Source: Yuukianura sp. NJ FZ-2021 (taxonomy: Eukaryota). From it: a stretch of DNA of 64,000 nucleotides. Under the pieces are notes generated by a model. The model was not told the origin of the DNA and did no database searches. It worked only from the letters and a program-made list of their open reading frames with translations. A program made the position numbers and the translations under genes. Shown piece by piece: positions 62,357 through 64,000 of the stretch; position 1 is the first letter of the stretch; each line of letters starts with the position of its first letter. The stretch is from contig CM102285.1 in NCBI GenBank assembly GCA_046563655.1, positions 12,090,001 to 12,154,000 of the forward strand, written 5' to 3'.

Positions 62357-63586
62357 TTATAATTCGTCGTGTTTTGGACCAGAGAATTCGTCATGTGTGA
62401 TAAACCCGTTCTTGTCTTGGTCCTCATGTTGGAAGATCTCTTCAACTAATTTATCGTGATCTTGGAGAGCCTTCTGAACTTCATCGTTCAACTTGTTCTC
62501 GTCGGTGTCCATTGAATTCATTTGTTTCTTCAGGTAGTCACTAACCTGTAAACATTAACAACAAAAATTGGTCAATTCATTCCTAGCGATTAGCTAAGCT
62601 ACACCAACCAACGCGGTAAATCATGGCTGGGCTTCTACTCTTAAGTTTTTTAAACTGATGAGATTTCATACCTCGTCTCTGGATAATTGAGAATCGTCAT
62701 TGGTATCAATTTCTTTGAATACGTTTACAACTGGTGGAGCAGTACTGAAATTTAGAATGAAACAACATCAGTAACACAGACCTTACGACAAATTTAAGTA
62801 TTTAGGTTAAATTCTGAACGTCTTACTCGATTTTGAGCAATTCAGTTTCGAAGTAAAGTGTGGCATGTGGGGGAATGACTTCTCCGGCACCATGATCACC
62901 TGAAAAGTGAACAATTAATCAGTAATTCACGTCAAGTTCGGTTGTGAGACCATGTGCGTTCATGTTAGGCATTGACATGGTAAATATTATCAACAAATTA
63001 CCGTAGCCTAGATGAGGTGGAACGATTAATTTGCGCTTCTCGCCAACGCACATGTCGAGTAAACCTTGGTCCCAACCTTTGACAACTTGACCAACACCAA
63101 TTTGAAAACTGAAAGGCTGATTCCGATCGTAACTGTGTAAATATAAATCAATTACCTAAGCCAACGCATCATCAGTAATTAAATTCTGTAATTTGGTCCG
63201 AAAGCTAGGATATTGTTCTCAATAAAAATAGATTCCACAACTGGAGTACATCCGAAAAATGAAAACTAATTAAATTCTGTAGTCTTTCTTGCAAATTATT
63301 TATACCTAGAATCAAATTGCTTCCCATCTTCAAATGTTCCCTTGTAGTGCATACTTAGCAGTGCGCCTGCAATTTCAAAAACGTAAAATCAAGATCGTTA
63401 CGCCAAATATACGTTCAGTCAATTATAATAATACGCACCTTTCTGAGATTTGACATCACAGTTATCAGGTTTGAACAATACTTCAATTTTGAGTTCTGGT
63501 AAATCCTTGTCAGCCGTGTCTTCATTTGCTTGGACAAGCGCTAAGGCCACGACACATATGAAACCAAAAACAGCTGGAAGATTCAT
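62357..63586 (-). CDS. Fkbp14: ER-lumenal FK506-binding peptidyl-prolyl isomerase with EF-hands (FKBP14/FKBP7 family), 224 aa
   Basis: Exons 63439-63586, 63306-63366, 63002-63132, 62827-62899, 62672-62744, 62357-62545 (675 nt, phases consistent). Signal peptide [24 protein letters not shown] motifs [43 protein letters not shown]-hands [12 protein letters not shown] and [13 protein letters not shown]-terminal HDEL. Probable 5'UTR intron about 63611-63803. Confidence 0.96.
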
Positions 63587-64000
63587 TGTTGGATATGACA
63601 GTTTTACAACCTGTGAAAGTAAACAAACCAGATTTAATCATTTTGGTGCCAATGAATGTTCTCAAAAGTTTCTTAACCAATCAATCCTTGCTATTTAGAT
63701 ATCACATCAACGCATAAACATACCCCGTACCAAATTGCTATACACTTTACACATGCTTTGACAGCCGGTAGAGCAGTACCAACTTTAATTGAACTTTTAT
63801 TACCTTCTGAAGACCCGGTAAATGGAAGCTCTTTGATATCGAGAGACCAGACTTTAACTAACCACTTTTTGGTTTAATTGTGAGTTTCACTATGATGGAT
63901 TAACTAATCTAACGATTGATATAACCCCACCAGATCTCAGCTTCCAATTGTTTTGAGGTGTGAAAAGTGAATGACACTCAAGCCAGGAGTCGCGTTCTGA

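Noticed and set aside
63450..63698. Plus-strand 82-aa ORF
   Set aside because: Antisense to Fkbp14 coding exon 1.

Overview
AT-rich eukaryotic genomic DNA with short GT-AG introns, most likely from an arthropod (species not determinable from sequence). Three protein-coding genes lie head-to-tail on the minus strand. (1) A complete six-coding-exon Fkbp14, an ER peptidyl-prolyl isomerase with EF-hands and a C-terminal HDEL (62357-63586). (2) A complete Egfr with 17 shared exons (9789-16126) and two alternative signal-peptide first exons, about 9 kb (24910-25162) and about 43 kb (59608-59749) upstream. (3) The 5' part of an activin/TGF-beta type I receptor of the baboon type, with three tandem, phase-identical, apparently mutually exclusive ligand-binding exons (765-931, 2048-2199, 4130-4296); its TM and kinase exons lie outside the window. 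The giant Egfr first intron holds a 1321-bp internally deleted hAT transposon with a BED finger and an 8-bp TSD, a 398-bp hAT-type MITE with an 8-bp TSD, a 176-bp tandem array, minisatellites and an over-represented AAGGGNCCC motif. I built all exon models by hand from splice consensus, reading-frame phase and remembered family motifs; no database search was run. Most short ORFs in the supplied track are spurious. I see no prokaryotic-type system.
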